A DNA stretch of 48,769 nucleotides, filler included, from Jimgerdemannia flammicorona (lineage: Eukaryota), in the NCBI GenBank assembly GCA_003990765.1. It is 2 parts of 2 records of this genome, joined end to end, with 100 filler letters (N's around TTAATTAATTAA, not from the genome) between each part and the next. Parts side by side here need not be neighbours in the genome. Positions count along the whole stretch, not along the records: positions 1 to 24,337 come from RBNJ01000988.1; 1 more part is not named here. One strand, 5' to 3'. The first letter of the stretch is position 1. Each line of letters opens with the position of its first letter. The notes beneath the pieces are model-generated. The model saw only the letters and a program-made list of their open reading frames with translations, ran no database searches and was not told where the DNA came from. Position numbers and translations under genes: made by a program. Shown here piece by piece: positions 1-12,863 of the stretch.

Positions 1-67
1 TTTTTATAGTCACTTGAACTCTGTCTTTATTACCAGTCTATGAATAAGTATACAATATCACCTTCCA

Positions 68-3000
68 CTATCTGATCCCCATAGGGGGGCCCCTCCCCAC
101 CTCTTCCCATATAAAGACCACCCTCTCACCAATGACTCCAACTCTCCCACCACTCTGATCACAGATTTTCACCACCAAGCGGCACCTCCAACCCTTCTGC
201 AGCCCCCAACTAAGCCACCAGCCTGTCAAGGTGTCCTCCATGAGGCACTGCCAGCATGATAACTGGCTCCCCAAGCTCTGTCACCTCTCCTCCTCAAATA
301 CAAATAGCCAGTGACTGGCCAGCCCAACCCAAATAGCCAATGCCCAGCTTAAGGTAATCCACTCCATCCCTACCCCTCCTACCAATCAATCCCTCAGGTC
401 CTCCCACCTCTCCCATATATCTTCTCCCCTATGCCTCACCCCCAAGCGGTCCCCAATGGCCTGCCAAAAGTCTCCCAGCACCTCACACTCTCCTAGCCAA
501 TGTTCTGGTGTCTGTATAAATCTCCCTTCCTGCCCTACATTATAGCACTCCTTGCAGTCAAAGCAGCCCCCTACTATAAGGTGTCCTGAGTGGAAGTTAA
601 GCATTACATTCCTCCTCAGCACCCATCACCACACCACTCAGTACTTCGGCGGCATCCATTTTTTCACTGTGGTGCTCCAGGTCTAAACCCTATACCAGTC
701 CTACTCCTCTCCAATTCCAACTCCTTGCCAACTACTAGGCCACAGATCCTGGCCCAGTCCCCTTTGACATTCTACTCTATCACCAATATTGAACTCAGGT
801 AAAGATATGCCACCCAGTAGAATACCATCTCATCTCCACATCGCCGGATCCCAAGCCCTCTCCCCCTCATCCCCTTGCCAGTGAATACCAATATGGTGTG
901 CCCCCTCTGCTATCCCCTACCAGAAGCCTTTATATCGCAATTGTGCTGTGTTCCAAAGCCCAACTAATGAAAGAAGATCACCAGTCAAGCCTCTTGGTGA
1001 TGACTACCTCTCCCAGACCCTCTGCAGCAGGGGAACCCAACCCCCTCCCTGCAACTCCACTGCCCTCTTAAGCCACCATACCCTCAAGCAATGTAGTCAT
1101 TTGGGGAAGTCCACCAGCCCAAGACCACCTCTCGCCACTGATAGGGACAAGGTCTCCCAACCAATCTGACCCCGTCTGCTAGCCCAAATCCATCCCTTGG
1201 CCACCTTCACCAATCTCTTCACTACCCAGGCTGGGAAGTCCAGATGATAAGCCAAATACCACAGCTTCGGCAGCCAGTATACATTCAAAATCGAGATCCT
1301 TCCCACCAGAGAGAAGTGTCTTCCCCCCTAACCCTGCAGGTCCTCCTCTCAGATTCCAACCCTCTGCTCCCACTACAGCTTGGGCAGAACAGATCCATAG
1401 ACTGACAAATAGATGCCCAAGTACTACACCACCTCCCTGGCAGGAACAATTGTTCCAATAACCTCTCCTCCCACCAGGCCATTGCCCAGCACCATTGTTT
1501 CACACTTGTGCCAATTCAGCTTCACCCCAGAGTTCTCCTCATATCACTCCACTGTCTTCTTGAGCTCCTCAATATCAGCGATCACCCCAAACCAACCACC
1601 ATGTTATCTGCAAAGACTCCAACTTTCCAGCCAACTCCATAGATAGAGAGCCCCACTATCCTCTACCAAATTTGGTCTATTAGAGGTTCCAAGGAAAGAA
1701 CATACAAAATGGGGGACAGCGGGTCCCCCTGGGGCACTCCCCTACCCAGAGGGAATACTACCCCTCTATGCCCATTATACATGAGTGCAGCTCTACTCCC
1801 TTCCAGTAGGCTGACTATCGCTGACCGAAATGAGACTAGAACCCCAATTCTATCTAATACTTTCGCCAGCCAGACTTGCTGCACCCAGTCATAAGCCTTC
1901 TCCTGGTCCAAGAAGACAAGACGCCCATCCAGTCCACAGGCTCTAGCATCTTCAATAACTCCATGTACCCAGACTGTGCCATCTTGAATAAGCCGACCCC
2001 CTATGAAGCCCCTCTGCTCAATACCCACAATTTGCTGGGCTACCTTCTGTAGCCTTACAACCACCACCTTAGTCACCAACTTTCTGTCCATATCTAGCAG
2101 CATTATCAGCCGCCAGTTCTTCCAATCCTCTCACCTTCCTTTGTTCTTATAAAGCAGTGTCACCAGCCCAAGATCCTGCTCCCCCACCCATCTCCCTGAC
2201 TGCAATATAAAGTCACACAGTGCCGTCAACTCCCCCAACATGTCCGGGACTCCAACCATTCGCTTCCAGAAGTCCTATGGTAGGCCATCCTCCCCAGGCA
2301 CCATATCTGAGGCTGTCACAGCAAGAACCTGGTGGATCTTGTCCTCCTTTACAGGCATCACCAGGTCTCCTAGCCCCTCAGCTTATGGTGGGTGCCAATC
2401 CTCTAATGTTCGGTCAATGGCTGTAGCATCTGCCCCACCCTCCTCCTCACTCCACAGTCTACTCCATCACTCCTTCAGTATTCCAAGGATGTCCTGTACA
2501 CCATGCACTAGTACACTATCCGAATCAAGAACCCCTTCCCACTGCTGTTGTACCCTTCTCACTCGAAGTACCCTTGTGAGAAACTTGGAAGGCCTCTCTC
2601 CTTCCTCCAGCCCCTGCCAATAAAGCCTTGCTACCAGGCCTTGCCTCCTTAACTCTTCCTCTTCCTACAGCATCTGTTGTAGTTCCCCAACCTCCATCTT
2701 CACCCTCACTATTCTCCAATCCTCTCCTCTCTCCACTATTGCCAGTCTCACCCACTCCTCCAGGAGCCTAGCCAATCTAGTGGAAGTCCAATGTACTCTC
2801 CACCTTCGCTGCTTCCTCGCCTCTCTGCCAGCCTCACTCTAGTACATCCTGGTCATCTCTTTCATCCTCACCCATCAAACCTCAATTGAGGCCCCTTCCT
2901 GCTGCCAGTTCTCCACCTTCAGCTGAATGTCTTTCACCCACTCCTCCCACTGGGACTCATCATCCAACAAGGAGGAATTTAGGCGCCAATGTCCAGGCCC

Positions 3001-3722
3001 ATCACTACTTCCCCCAAAACACCCCTGTCCCAAAAGGCCCCAGTGATCTGACCATGGATACCATTCTACCTCTAGCACCTTCCAAACATCGCGGCCCCAA
3101 CAGTTGGCCATCAGAATCCAATCAATCCTTGTTCCCAGGCCTCCAGCCCAATGTGTATATATCCTCCAGTCCTCCCAGTACTCTCTACCAGTATCAACCA
3201 GCGCTCCTAGCCTTTCAACTTCCTCCCATATCGCCAACCCCCCACTTCTGCTCTCAGCACTCTGTCCTCTATCAGTTCTATCCAACTGTATATCCCAAAC
3301 TATATTGAAATCTCCACCAAGCATATCCACCCCAGCCTCAGTAAGATCCCACTCTCCTGGAGCCTTTTCACCCAATCCACATACTCCCCCCTCACGGCAG
3401 GGCAGTAGCAGGAGCCAATCATGACCAGCTCCCAACCTGCATAAATCCAATTACCCCAGACCAGTCTCTCCCCCCAGCTCCTCATATCCCTTATTTCCCC
3501 TCTGCCTTTCCGAACCAGAATCCCAACCTTGCTATTCCAAATCACCATGCCGCCCCATTCCTTTGTCCATTCCATCCTATCAGAATCATTCTCACACCTG
3601 ACATCCTGCAAGAGGAAGAGATTGGCCTCCAATCCCTTCAGCCAAATAAAAATGTTCCTATGTCTAACTGCACCCCTTAGCCTATTCATGTTCAAAGAAA
3701 AAATGTTAGTTGTACTGTTCAT
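68..3722 (-). pseudogene. LINE ORF2 (APE endonuclease - reverse transcriptase - zf-RVT-like), disrupted
   Basis: Endonuclease motifs NIFSLNMNRLR, LLQD, GGDFN, TRID, SDH. RT motifs QRGFIGGRLIQD, LDQEKAYD, GVPQGDPLSPILY; a YADD-like tttgcagataac near 1600; LSVARGGLG. C-terminal CFDC...EHWLGEC. Confidence 0.9.
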
Positions 3723-3755
3723 ATTGAAATATGGTTTGTTCTCAGTCAATCTCTA

Positions 3756-5700
3756 CTACTCTATACTCATCTCCTCCTGTGCCATGTCCAGATTATGTTC
3801 TGCCATCACCTCCTCCTCTTCAGCCCTCTGAGCCTCCAATCCAGCCAATAGCTCATTCATCTCCTCATCAGCCTTCTCCTCAAACTCCTCTCTATACTCA
3901 ATGCAAGCCTCCTGCCAAAGCTGCAACCCATGACGCTTGTTCCAACAGTACTCAGCCCTCTCCCCAGTGATAACTGCCATCTTGGCCTCCCGCTCCTTGT
4001 CCATCTCATATCCTTCTTCCTCCAGATACACCATGAGAATTTCTGCCTTCAGTGCCAACACTACTCCTTCCCCCTGCAAAATTCTCACCCAGTGCTCGTC
4101 ATCTATCACACGCAGGTCCACCTCCCCCAACTCTTCTGCTGCCAGATTATTCATCATCCTGCACATCCAAAGTAGGTTCCCCACCTCCTTCCCACCAGGG
4201 GTTGCTGGCCTCCCTCCATCCAGCATCATGGTGTCAGCTCCAGTACTCGCCTCCTCATCCTACACCTCCAGGACATCCACCAGTTCCTCCTCCCCAGCTG
4301 CCACTACTTGATCCCCATTCATTATCTCTGAAATGCTGAATTTCACCTGCTGGGTCCCCAGCATTGTCACATCCTCCCCAGTCTTGTTTCTGGAAGCCAG
4401 GCCATGCCTGATAAGAGGGGAAGGAGTGGGGGAGTTCTCCCAGACCTCATCCCAAACCTCCAAGGTGCCATCTATATATGGGTCACTAGTCTTCCCCTCC
4501 TTTGCCTTCCTTGTCTCCACCCCATTATCCCCACTCCTCTCACCAGCCCAGATACTTGCTTTGGCCCCTTCTACACTTGTCTTCTTGCTTGCATCCTTCT
4601 GTGGTCTGCCCCCCAGTTTAGCCAGCAGCTCCTTCTATCTCTTCTGCCCCTGAGCCCTTTCCCACTGCACCTTGTCCACTCAAATCCTCTTTCCATTCAC
4701 CACCTCCAGGTGTGTCAACTCTTCGAAAGTCCTTCAGGCCTTAGCTCACTGCTCCACAGCCCCATCCAGTTCTTCCAGTGCTTCCAATAAATCTTCTTCC
4801 TCTTCTTCACTTCCTTTCACCCTCGTCACCTTGCACAAGATCACTCCTCAAACCATTACTGAAGGCCAGTCCCTTGCCTTCCCAGTAGCCTCTTTCCCAG
4901 CCAGCCAAATCCTCACATCCACATCCCCAGTCCTGAGTGTGGTCCCTTCCCAGACCCTGAATCTGATATCCACCACCTCTCTATACTCTGCCATGACATC
5001 CTCCACTCTCTTTTTCATCTCCATTGCCATCACCATGGGCACTCCTTTTACCAGTAGTTGTACCACCCTCAGATCCTATTTCAAACATCTCGCCATCAGA
5101 ACACACACCTCCCCAACCACCAACCCAACCTTCAGCACCTCCTCCAGTAGTTCAGCCTCCTCAAAACCCACCTCCACACCCTCCAGTCCCTTCAGAAACT
5201 TCACTGAAGTGGCTCCTGCCACCTGCTTAGTGATAAGTCCCAGCACCATTTTCGCCATCACCACTAAGCCCCGGAAGCACAGTGTAACCGCGAACACCAA
5301 GATCGATTTCTTGAGTAATGGGGCCACCACCAGGCCCATCACACTATCTGCCAAATCTCCTTGTCTTCCAAGCCCCAACTACTCAGCCTTGCCAACAGCC
5401 ATCACATCTGGATTTTTTTCCAGATTAGCAGTCCCTTCGCCATCAGCAGTCATACTCCCCCCAGCTGCTACTCCCCCAGCTTCACTGCCCCCCCTTCCAA
5501 GGGCCACTCCTCCCCGCACTGCTGTCTTCTCGTTCTCCTTGCCCCTCCTCAGCCAGCCCTCCAGCTCTGATGTCTGCTATCTCCCCTTCACTGTCTTCGC
5601 AAATCTCACCCTCCCAGACCCCTGACCTCCACCAGTACCTCCATCTCTTCCTCATCCACCTACCAGCAGCCCCCTCATACACCCCCCCAGGCCTGGGCCC
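3756..5700 (-). pseudogene. LINE ORF1 (RRM-like core plus acidic/coiled C-terminus), disrupted
   Basis: Collinear minus-strand fragments (5076-5378, 4848-5066, 4260-4520, 3756-4229) end about 33 nt before the ORF2 ATG. The segment VKGVP...EVVDIRFRVWEGT...TGDVDV resembles L1/Tx1 ORF1. The start is approximate. Confidence 0.7.
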
Positions 5701-5871
5701 CTTCCAACTTGCTGCTATTCGAAAGTGCTTGGGCCACCCTGCTCAGTACGCACCTCAGCTCGCCTATTGATTGCCATGTTGTTAGTCTCTTTGCTCCAAA
5801 AATGATGTCATGAGTGCCTTCCAAAGGTTGTGTAACCTGAATGGTACTGGAGAAAGATGTTGTTTCCATGA

Positions 5872-6830
5872 CTCCTCTTCACCCTTGTTACCTTGTATAC
5901 AAAAGCTCCCCACACTATCACTAAAGGCCAATTATGAGCCTTCTCTATGGTCTCTCTCCTTGTCAATCAAATCTAGACATCAATATCTCCTATATAGAGA
6001 GAGGTCTCTTCTAAGACTCAGAACCCAACATCAACCACCACTCTATACTCATCTATGACTTCCTCAACTCTCCTCCTCATCTCTACTACTATCACTATAG
6101 GTACTCCTTTTACCAGAAATTGCACTATCCTGGGATCCTATCTCAAGCAGCATACTATTGAGATACTTATCTCCCCAATAGTCAACCCAGCCTTCAGCAT
6201 ATCCTCCAGTAGCCCAGCCTCCTCAAAGTCCACCTTCATCTCTTTCAGTCCCCTTAGGAACTTTACTGATACTATATTATTCATCTATTTAGCAATCAGT
6301 CCTAAGACTATTTTTGCTATTACTGCTAAGCCCTGAAAGCACAAAGTAACTGTGAACTCTGAGATTGACTTCTTGAGTAATAGAGCTACTGTCAGATCTA
6401 TTACACTATCAGTAAGGTCACTTGGCCTTGTGTTCTTCCCACAGCTTGGTCTACTATCAGTAGTTTCATCTAGATTTTTTTCCAGATTACCTGTTGCACT
6501 CTCATCAGTAGTCACTCCTTTAGTCACTACACTACTAGCCTCCCTATACTGGCCCCCCAGAGGGACTCTCTCTTTCCCCCCAGTATCTGCCTTCTCCTTT
6601 CCCAGTTTCAGCCATCCATCTAGTTCTATCACTCAAGCTCCTATCTTGACCTTATTAGCAAAGATTGACTGCTTCTCCTCAGACTGCACTATATCTCCTC
6701 CTCCTCTACTGTTGATCTCTCTTCCTCCTGATAAAGTACTCAGTATCTCCAAACCTACTCCCTGACCCCTTCCTACATACTGCCAGCTGAATGCACTGAG
6801 ACCACCCTGCTCAGTATACTCTATAGAACT
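5872..6830 (-). mobile_element. Second, more decayed fragment of a related LINE ORF1 5' region
   Basis: Collinear similarity to about 4810-5750, e.g. DLTDSVIDLTVALLLKKSI vs DLADSVMGLVVAPLLKKSI, and ccaccctgctcagta present at about 5734 and 6802. Confidence 0.8.
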
Positions 6831-6839
6831 CTGATTCAA

Positions 6840-9800
6840 GGATATATTTTAAGATATTTCTCTAAAGAACAGTGTAAAAGTAGTTGATATATATTTGTAT
6901 AATATGAGATATATTAGGAAGAGCCATAAATATGATACTATCTGAGAAAAAGAAGATAATCTTCTACCAAATATAAAAGAAGCAGTAATCTGATATAAAT
7001 ATATAATATAGTAGAAATTTTAATGGAATTTCTAAAGAGTAGTCATATCTCTGATAAGTTAAGTATAAATATCTCTAAATATTATATAGATAACTTTCTA
7101 TAATATAAATAATCAGTAATGATACTAAGAGTAAACTAAGAATAAAATTTCTGTAGTCATCTTTATAGCCATTGAATATCAATAGATCTCTACTGAATTA
7201 CTCTCTATTAATATACAAATCTCTGAAAGCCCTGATCCAAATAAAGTCAAATATTAACTTAGAAGAATCCAATATATCTAAGTCTTTCACTACTAACAAG
7301 AACTAAAGAAATATTATGAAATAAGAAAAATTATCTGCTAATAGACTACTCTCAGTAAAGCTAAACAACTATTCTATCTTTTTATTGATAATCATATTTA
7401 TATTATTACTAAGAGAATATGTCCTTTTCTATATATATATAACTCTAAGTTTTTGACCACTTCTATGAGATATCTTTTGAAAATATTATCAATCTGACTG
7501 ATAAATATTAAAATAATATTATCTTTCAAATAGTCTAGTATATAGTTCTTTAGTTTGATAAATATCTGAAGTTTAGTATAGAATTAAATAAGTAGATTCT
7601 AATAAAGAAAAGAAGAATATAATCATTCATTATATAGCAATAAGTCAATGAAAATTATAATGGAATTTTCAATATAGTAGTTATATATTATAATAATATA
7701 TAGATATATCTAGTATACTATATTTAGCTAAAGTCTTAAATCTGTATAAATACTCTCTGTATTAAGTATATTATAACCTTAGCTTTACTTTTTTCTTTTA
7801 AGATTAAAGAAGTATTTTTATCCAGAACTCTCAAATCTAACTTGTTAATAATTTTAAGTCTGATCAACTTAGAATATATATATATAAACATAGTATCTCT
7901 GTTAGTATAAAGAACACAAAAGTGATACTTAGACTATATCACTACAATAGATAGAAAAAACTTAGTACTATCTTATAAAACTCAGAACTTAGAGCTGATA
8001 GTTATTTCTAATTATTTATAATATATTAATTCTATCAGTATAGTTTTATTATAAGATCACTATTTATTACTATTTAAATATCAATTTTACTTAATACTAT
8101 ATTCTTTTATATACTATATTATATTTATAATAGAGTTATTGAGTTTTATACTTTTATCTAAATTTTAAAAATTTTACACATATTAAATAAACTAAAGTAT
8201 TATAAGTTTTTCATTTTTTTTTTAAAAAAAAAAAAAAATATCTATAATACTTATAAGTAACTTTATTTTTACTAATTTTAGAACAATATTACCAAACTTC
8301 AGAATAAAAAGTATAGTGTAGAATAATATTTAAAAAAGATTAAATAATATTTAAAAAAGTCTATTTTGAATTATTATCAGTACTATAAAATATTGATAAC
8401 TAGTCTATTAATATTAATATTAATATAGTATATATATATTTATATATATTTTATTCATATATTCTTTTATTTATATATAAGTGAATTATAAAATTTAAAT
8501 TAGATAGTTTGAATTCTCTATTCAAATCAAATTCAAAGATTCAAATTTAGATATTCAAATCTAGAGATTTAAATTCTAAGATTCAAATTACTGAATTATG
8601 AGATTTGAATTACTAAATTTGAATTTGAAGATTTAAGTTAGTGATGTAAAGATTAAATTGATTTGAATCAGTTTAAATTAATTATATAATAAATTCAAAC
8701 AGGTTTAAATAAAAACAGTCACAATCTGAATAACTTATTTAGAGTACTATATCTATATATCTCTGATAAATTATAATATTATAGATTATTAGATTATAAT
8801 ATACTAAAAGTACTAAATAATATATTAATATATATATAGTAATATCTGAGAATTATCTTCTTAAAGAGTAATTTAGATATATATATTATACTTACTAATC
8901 TCTATATTGAGATTAAAATAATTAAAATTAAATTATAATTATAATATATAGTTTATTAATCTCTTCTGTGACTAGTTTTATATATTGTAACAGTGATCTC
9001 AGAATAGTAATATTATTATAAGAGATAGTCTTTTCTTATAAGCTACTAGATTAGAGTATAAGAAGATTATATAGTATAACTCACCCAGGTTATAAGATGA
9101 GTAATGATGATAAATCATAAGTCATAATAACTATAAGATAGAGATCTTAAGGAATATAAAAGAAGAATTAGAAAACTATAGTAGCAGTAACTCAAATAAA
9201 CTCCCAAAATTCTGAAATAGTTCAAAAGACTCACTATAAACAAAATACCAACTGCTTACCAAACTGTAAGGTCCAGGAACTACCAAGGCTTCTCAGTTTA
9301 AGAAAAAATATTCCAAGATATCAGAAGAGCCATAAGGACTCACATAAAAAGAATTCCTAGCCTCAACTTAAGTATTGGTAACTCTTATCACTTTACTCTC
9401 TATTACTGTAAAATAGAAATAAGAATCACTACCACTACCAAATATCTCTGGATATAATAGAAATATAAAATAGAAAACCTTCTCTATCTGGAATTCTCTC
9501 AGGTCAATCTTTAAGAGATATAAGATATTACTTCTATAGATATACATAAATTGAGAGTAACTAAAAATATCCATCAGATCTTCAGGTATATATCTTGGTC
9601 AATCCCAACTTAGAGTATACCAGAGTCTCAGACTTCAAAGAATTGTCAGCCTACTGTACAGATGTACTAAAGACCATAGTAACTATAGAAGTCCAATCTA
9701 TCATTACTCTCAAAAGTAATAAGATAGAAGAGTTCTAGAATCTCATTCTTAAGGATAATCCAGATCAATTTCTATAAGGATTAATCTTAATATTCTAAGA

Positions 9801-10869
9801 CCTCAGTATCTAGATCAGATCTCCTCAAGATTCCATCTTTGTCTTCTACTTTATAGAGAAAAATATCATAGATTGAAAAGCCCCTGATCTCCTTCCCACT
9901 GTTATCAAATATGATGATGTCACTAGTGATGACATCATTCTGCTAATCAATATATATAAAACAAACAAACAGAAATATTTACTGATCTTATTTTCTTTGA
10001 AGATATTCTATCTTCAATCTTTAGTCTTAATAATAATAATAAAAACAAAGTCTCTAGAATTCTGAATATTCTACTCTAATTTGTTTATATAACTATTTGT
10101 TTGAATACTTGAATATTCTAGCATCTTGACTTTGCATAACTGTGTGAAATTATTTCAGTATTCTGATCTTATATAACCAATTATATAGGTATTTGAATTT
10201 GTACTTACAATCTAAAGTTTTCTATATTCAAATATCTTATTTAGTTATTGGATTTTATATTTAGCTTTATATCTTAGCAATTATTGAATTACATTTTGTA
10301 TAAATACCCCTCTCATTTTCTTTGAAATAAAGTCAATATTAAAACACTCAAGCATTCAAGTATCCAACTACTCAAGAGTACAAAAGTTCCAGTCCTCTAC
10401 TCAATTCTATATAAGTAAATTTAAAAGATAACAGAATAGTTTAAAGATAAGACATTTGAGAACTATAAGACTTTGGAAAGACACTTTAATAGAATTTGTT
10501 TATAAGAAATTTATAGTTAGTCTAAGAGATATACCTTAAAGAGAATCTGATATACTTGAAAAACTCAGTATCTACTATATGATAATATAGTAATAAGCTA
10601 CTTAAGATTAAATTAATAGAGAGATCAAGACTAGAAAAGACTCTGATATATATAAGTATTGTCTTATTATTAGATAAGTTATTATTTTTAGCTTTATTAT
10701 TATTAAAGTTAATAATATCAAATATATATATCTTATATTATATATATAACTAAGTTGTAATATTTATAGAATTTAATTTTAATAATCTAAAAGTAAAATA
10801 TTGAAAGTATATATATATATTATATATTAATTATAGATATAATAGTTTATATTATTAATTTCTTTATAG
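6840..10869. other. Extremely AT-rich, CpG-free decayed transposon relics
   Basis: No long ORFs, high TpA content and arrays of ttcaaat/tttgaat (8505-8710). A faint minus-strand NGYKDDYRNFILSLLL near 7120-7180 may derive from a CACTA-like transposase (weak). Confidence 0.55.
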
Positions 10870-12311
10870 TATAACATGCCGGCTCAATGGAGGCAAATTA
10901 CAAGGTTGGGGGTTGATGTAGTTTGGCTTGAGCCCCCAGTTACTTTGTCAAAAAGCAATAAAATGTTCTAAGATTCCTAAGGTCTTTGGTGTTTAGTGGT
11001 ATAATAGTCAAAGCTGGATATCTGCGAGTGATTTGTATGTCAATTTTCTAATTGGGACAGTTCTCTGGGTATAGTGGTGATTTGTGTGAATGGGTTTCCT
11101 TCCTGGGTCAACTGGGAATGGCAGAATTTGTGTATAGCACGAGCGGTTTCCTTCTTGAGTAACGGGTAATTCCTATATAGTATGATGATCTCCTTGTGCA
11201 TGACAGTCTGGCAATTTAGCAGTTCTCTTTATGTAGTTTCTGCATGATGATCTCCATGTAGCGTGATGATTTCCAAAAGTATGCGATTTCTGGCAGATAG
11301 CTCGATTTAGCTCACTGGAAATATATGGCACAGTTTCTTCAGTACTGGGCTCACTGGGAATGATGAATAACTCAGGTAGTTCTTCTGGGAGTGTGGATAA
11401 CTTGAAGGTGGCAGGCAATGCAGATTTGGCAGGCTTCTTGAAAGCAGCGGCTTAACTGGGAATTAACTCAGATGGCGTGGACTCTTCTTGAATTGGTTTC
11501 AACTGGGAATATGGTGGATAATTCAAAAATGGCAAGTGATGCAGATTCTTCCTGAATTGGCGGGCTCTAACTGGGAAATGGGATGGCAGCTAGGAAAGGG
11601 TCTCTTGGCAAAGTTATATCAAAGACTGGCTTCATTTGCATGGGGTTATGTTGTAGACTGGCTCCACTGTGAAGTTGCATCAGAAACTGGCTTGAGCAAG
11701 ACAGCTTTCTCTTAGGTGGAAATCTTCAGGCTTATCTGGCAAGCATACCAAAAGCATGGCTTATTCTTTAAGTAGCAGGTTCTTCAAAAGGCAGTGAAGT
11801 TCTCCTTGAACTTAGGTGGCAAAATCAGCTTTGTATCAGAAAGTAGACTAGAGTGGAAAGGGGAAATAAGCTCACAATCTCCTAACAGTGGCTGTAGAGT
11901 TCCTCTCAAAGTGTGATAGGCAGACTTGTCTTTTGCTTCAATTTCGGACTTTTTGGACTGAGGTTTATTCACTCTTGTCTCTGGGGTAATTTATACAAGT
12001 TGGTTGCTATCTGGTTACTATGTGGCTAACTATAGATTTGCTATCTTCGGTAATATTTGGGTATGTCCTCTGGGTACAGGTGTGTCCACAGGACATGAGT
12101 GTGTCCACAGAACATGAGTATGTCCACAGGACATGAGTGTGTCCTCAGGATACAGGTAAACAATCCTGATCTAGTGTCTTGGCTAATTATAAGTGTGGCA
12201 GGCATGAGTAACTATGATACACTGGAAGTCACATCATGCTGAGTAAGTATGCTAATTGTTCGCATCATCTGGCTAAGTTATAATTCAAGTGGTATGTTTT
12301 GGTCTGTTACA
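10870..12311 (-). repeat. 3' LTR (1442 bp) of Gypsy-1
   Basis: Direct repeat of 19937-21378; the differences inspected are mostly transitions. Confidence 0.95.
12061..12156. repeat. 19-bp tandem repeat (gtgtccacaggacatgagt) in LTR U3
   Basis: About 4-5 imperfect copies; the counterpart lies at about 21128-21223. Confidence 0.85.
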
Positions 12312-12323
12312 TCAGCCCCCACT
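12312..12323 (-). other. Polypurine-tract-like sequence
   Basis: Minus-strand AGTGGGGGCTGA lies immediately before the 3' LTR start TGTAAC. Confidence 0.6.
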
Positions 12324-12350
12324 GAAGGGTAGTCTGTCCCAGACTATTCT

Positions 12351-12863
12351 TCAGTCATCATCCCAATAGGCATAAGCAGCTTCTGTATCTATACCTGTTC
12401 CATCATCATCATCTGAGCTGCAGTCACTCCATTCCAGGGGTTCTTCTTCTTCCTCAAGAAATAGGATCTCCACTTGGTGAATGATGCTGAGATAGGTGGG
12501 CAGTGTCATCCTTTGGAGGTCATTCAGGGAAAACTGGGCCTGGATTAAGGCAGAAGGATTTTGTTTGTATATTGTGTATAGTCTTTCTGCAACAGTAGTA
12601 TTCCTTCTGTTCAGGCCAGTGGTGTTTCAGACATAGGCTAGGTCTGGGAGAGGAAGATTCTGCAATTGTTCTCCAATTGCATAATATACCTGCAGCTGGT
12701 GGACCTGAAGTAGCCTCTCAGCCAAAGTGAGGTTGTCTTGATGAACTCAGATTTTCTGAAGATATGTTCCATTGGGTTCCTGGAACTGAGGCAGGGGAAC
12801 TGGTAGGGCTTGGAGGGAACTGAGAACAAGAGTTTGGAAACAGTTGTCAATTCTCTGATTTAT
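12351..12863 (-). pseudogene. Accessory ~170-aa ORF between integrase and the 3' LTR, function unknown
   Basis: A frame distinct from the integrase terminus. It reads (ATA, possibly decayed ATG) NQRIDNCFQ...LQVYYAIGEQL...AERLYTIYKQNP...AYAYWDDD*. It is broken only by two TGA codons that CGA deamination would explain. Confidence 0.6.

Larger units (their letters stand above)
1..5770 (-). mobile_element. L1/Tx1-clade non-LTR retrotransposon (LINE), near full length, decayed
   Basis: The poly(T) at the window start is the poly(A) tail, with AATAAA (plus-strand tttatt) about 25 nt before it. On the minus strand, ORF1 is followed by ORF2 with an APE endonuclease, RT and a C-terminal Cys/His motif. 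Many stops and frameshifts. The 5' boundary is approximate. Confidence 0.92.

Noticed and set aside
4672..5625. 317-aa plus-strand ORF and other Ser/Pro-rich plus-strand ORFs in 590-6765
   Set aside because: They are antisense shadows of the purine-rich LINE coding strand with low-complexity composition.
8986..10433. Possible solo LTR (TGTAAC...TAACA, TATA-like and AATAAA signals, small inverted repeat near 9913-9938)
   Set aside because: No matching TSD and no second copy in the window, so it cannot be supported.
11173..11972. ORFs inside the LTR (81 aa in both copies) and repeated PIQEES peptides resembling LxxIxE motifs
   Set aside because: Their presence in both copies follows from LTR identity. 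The two PIQEES fall in different frames and stops are shared by both LTRs, so this is a DNA-level repeat.
12061..12156. Regularly spaced short repeats as a CRISPR-like array
   Set aside because: Head-to-tail tandem units with no unique spacers, inside a eukaryotic LTR.
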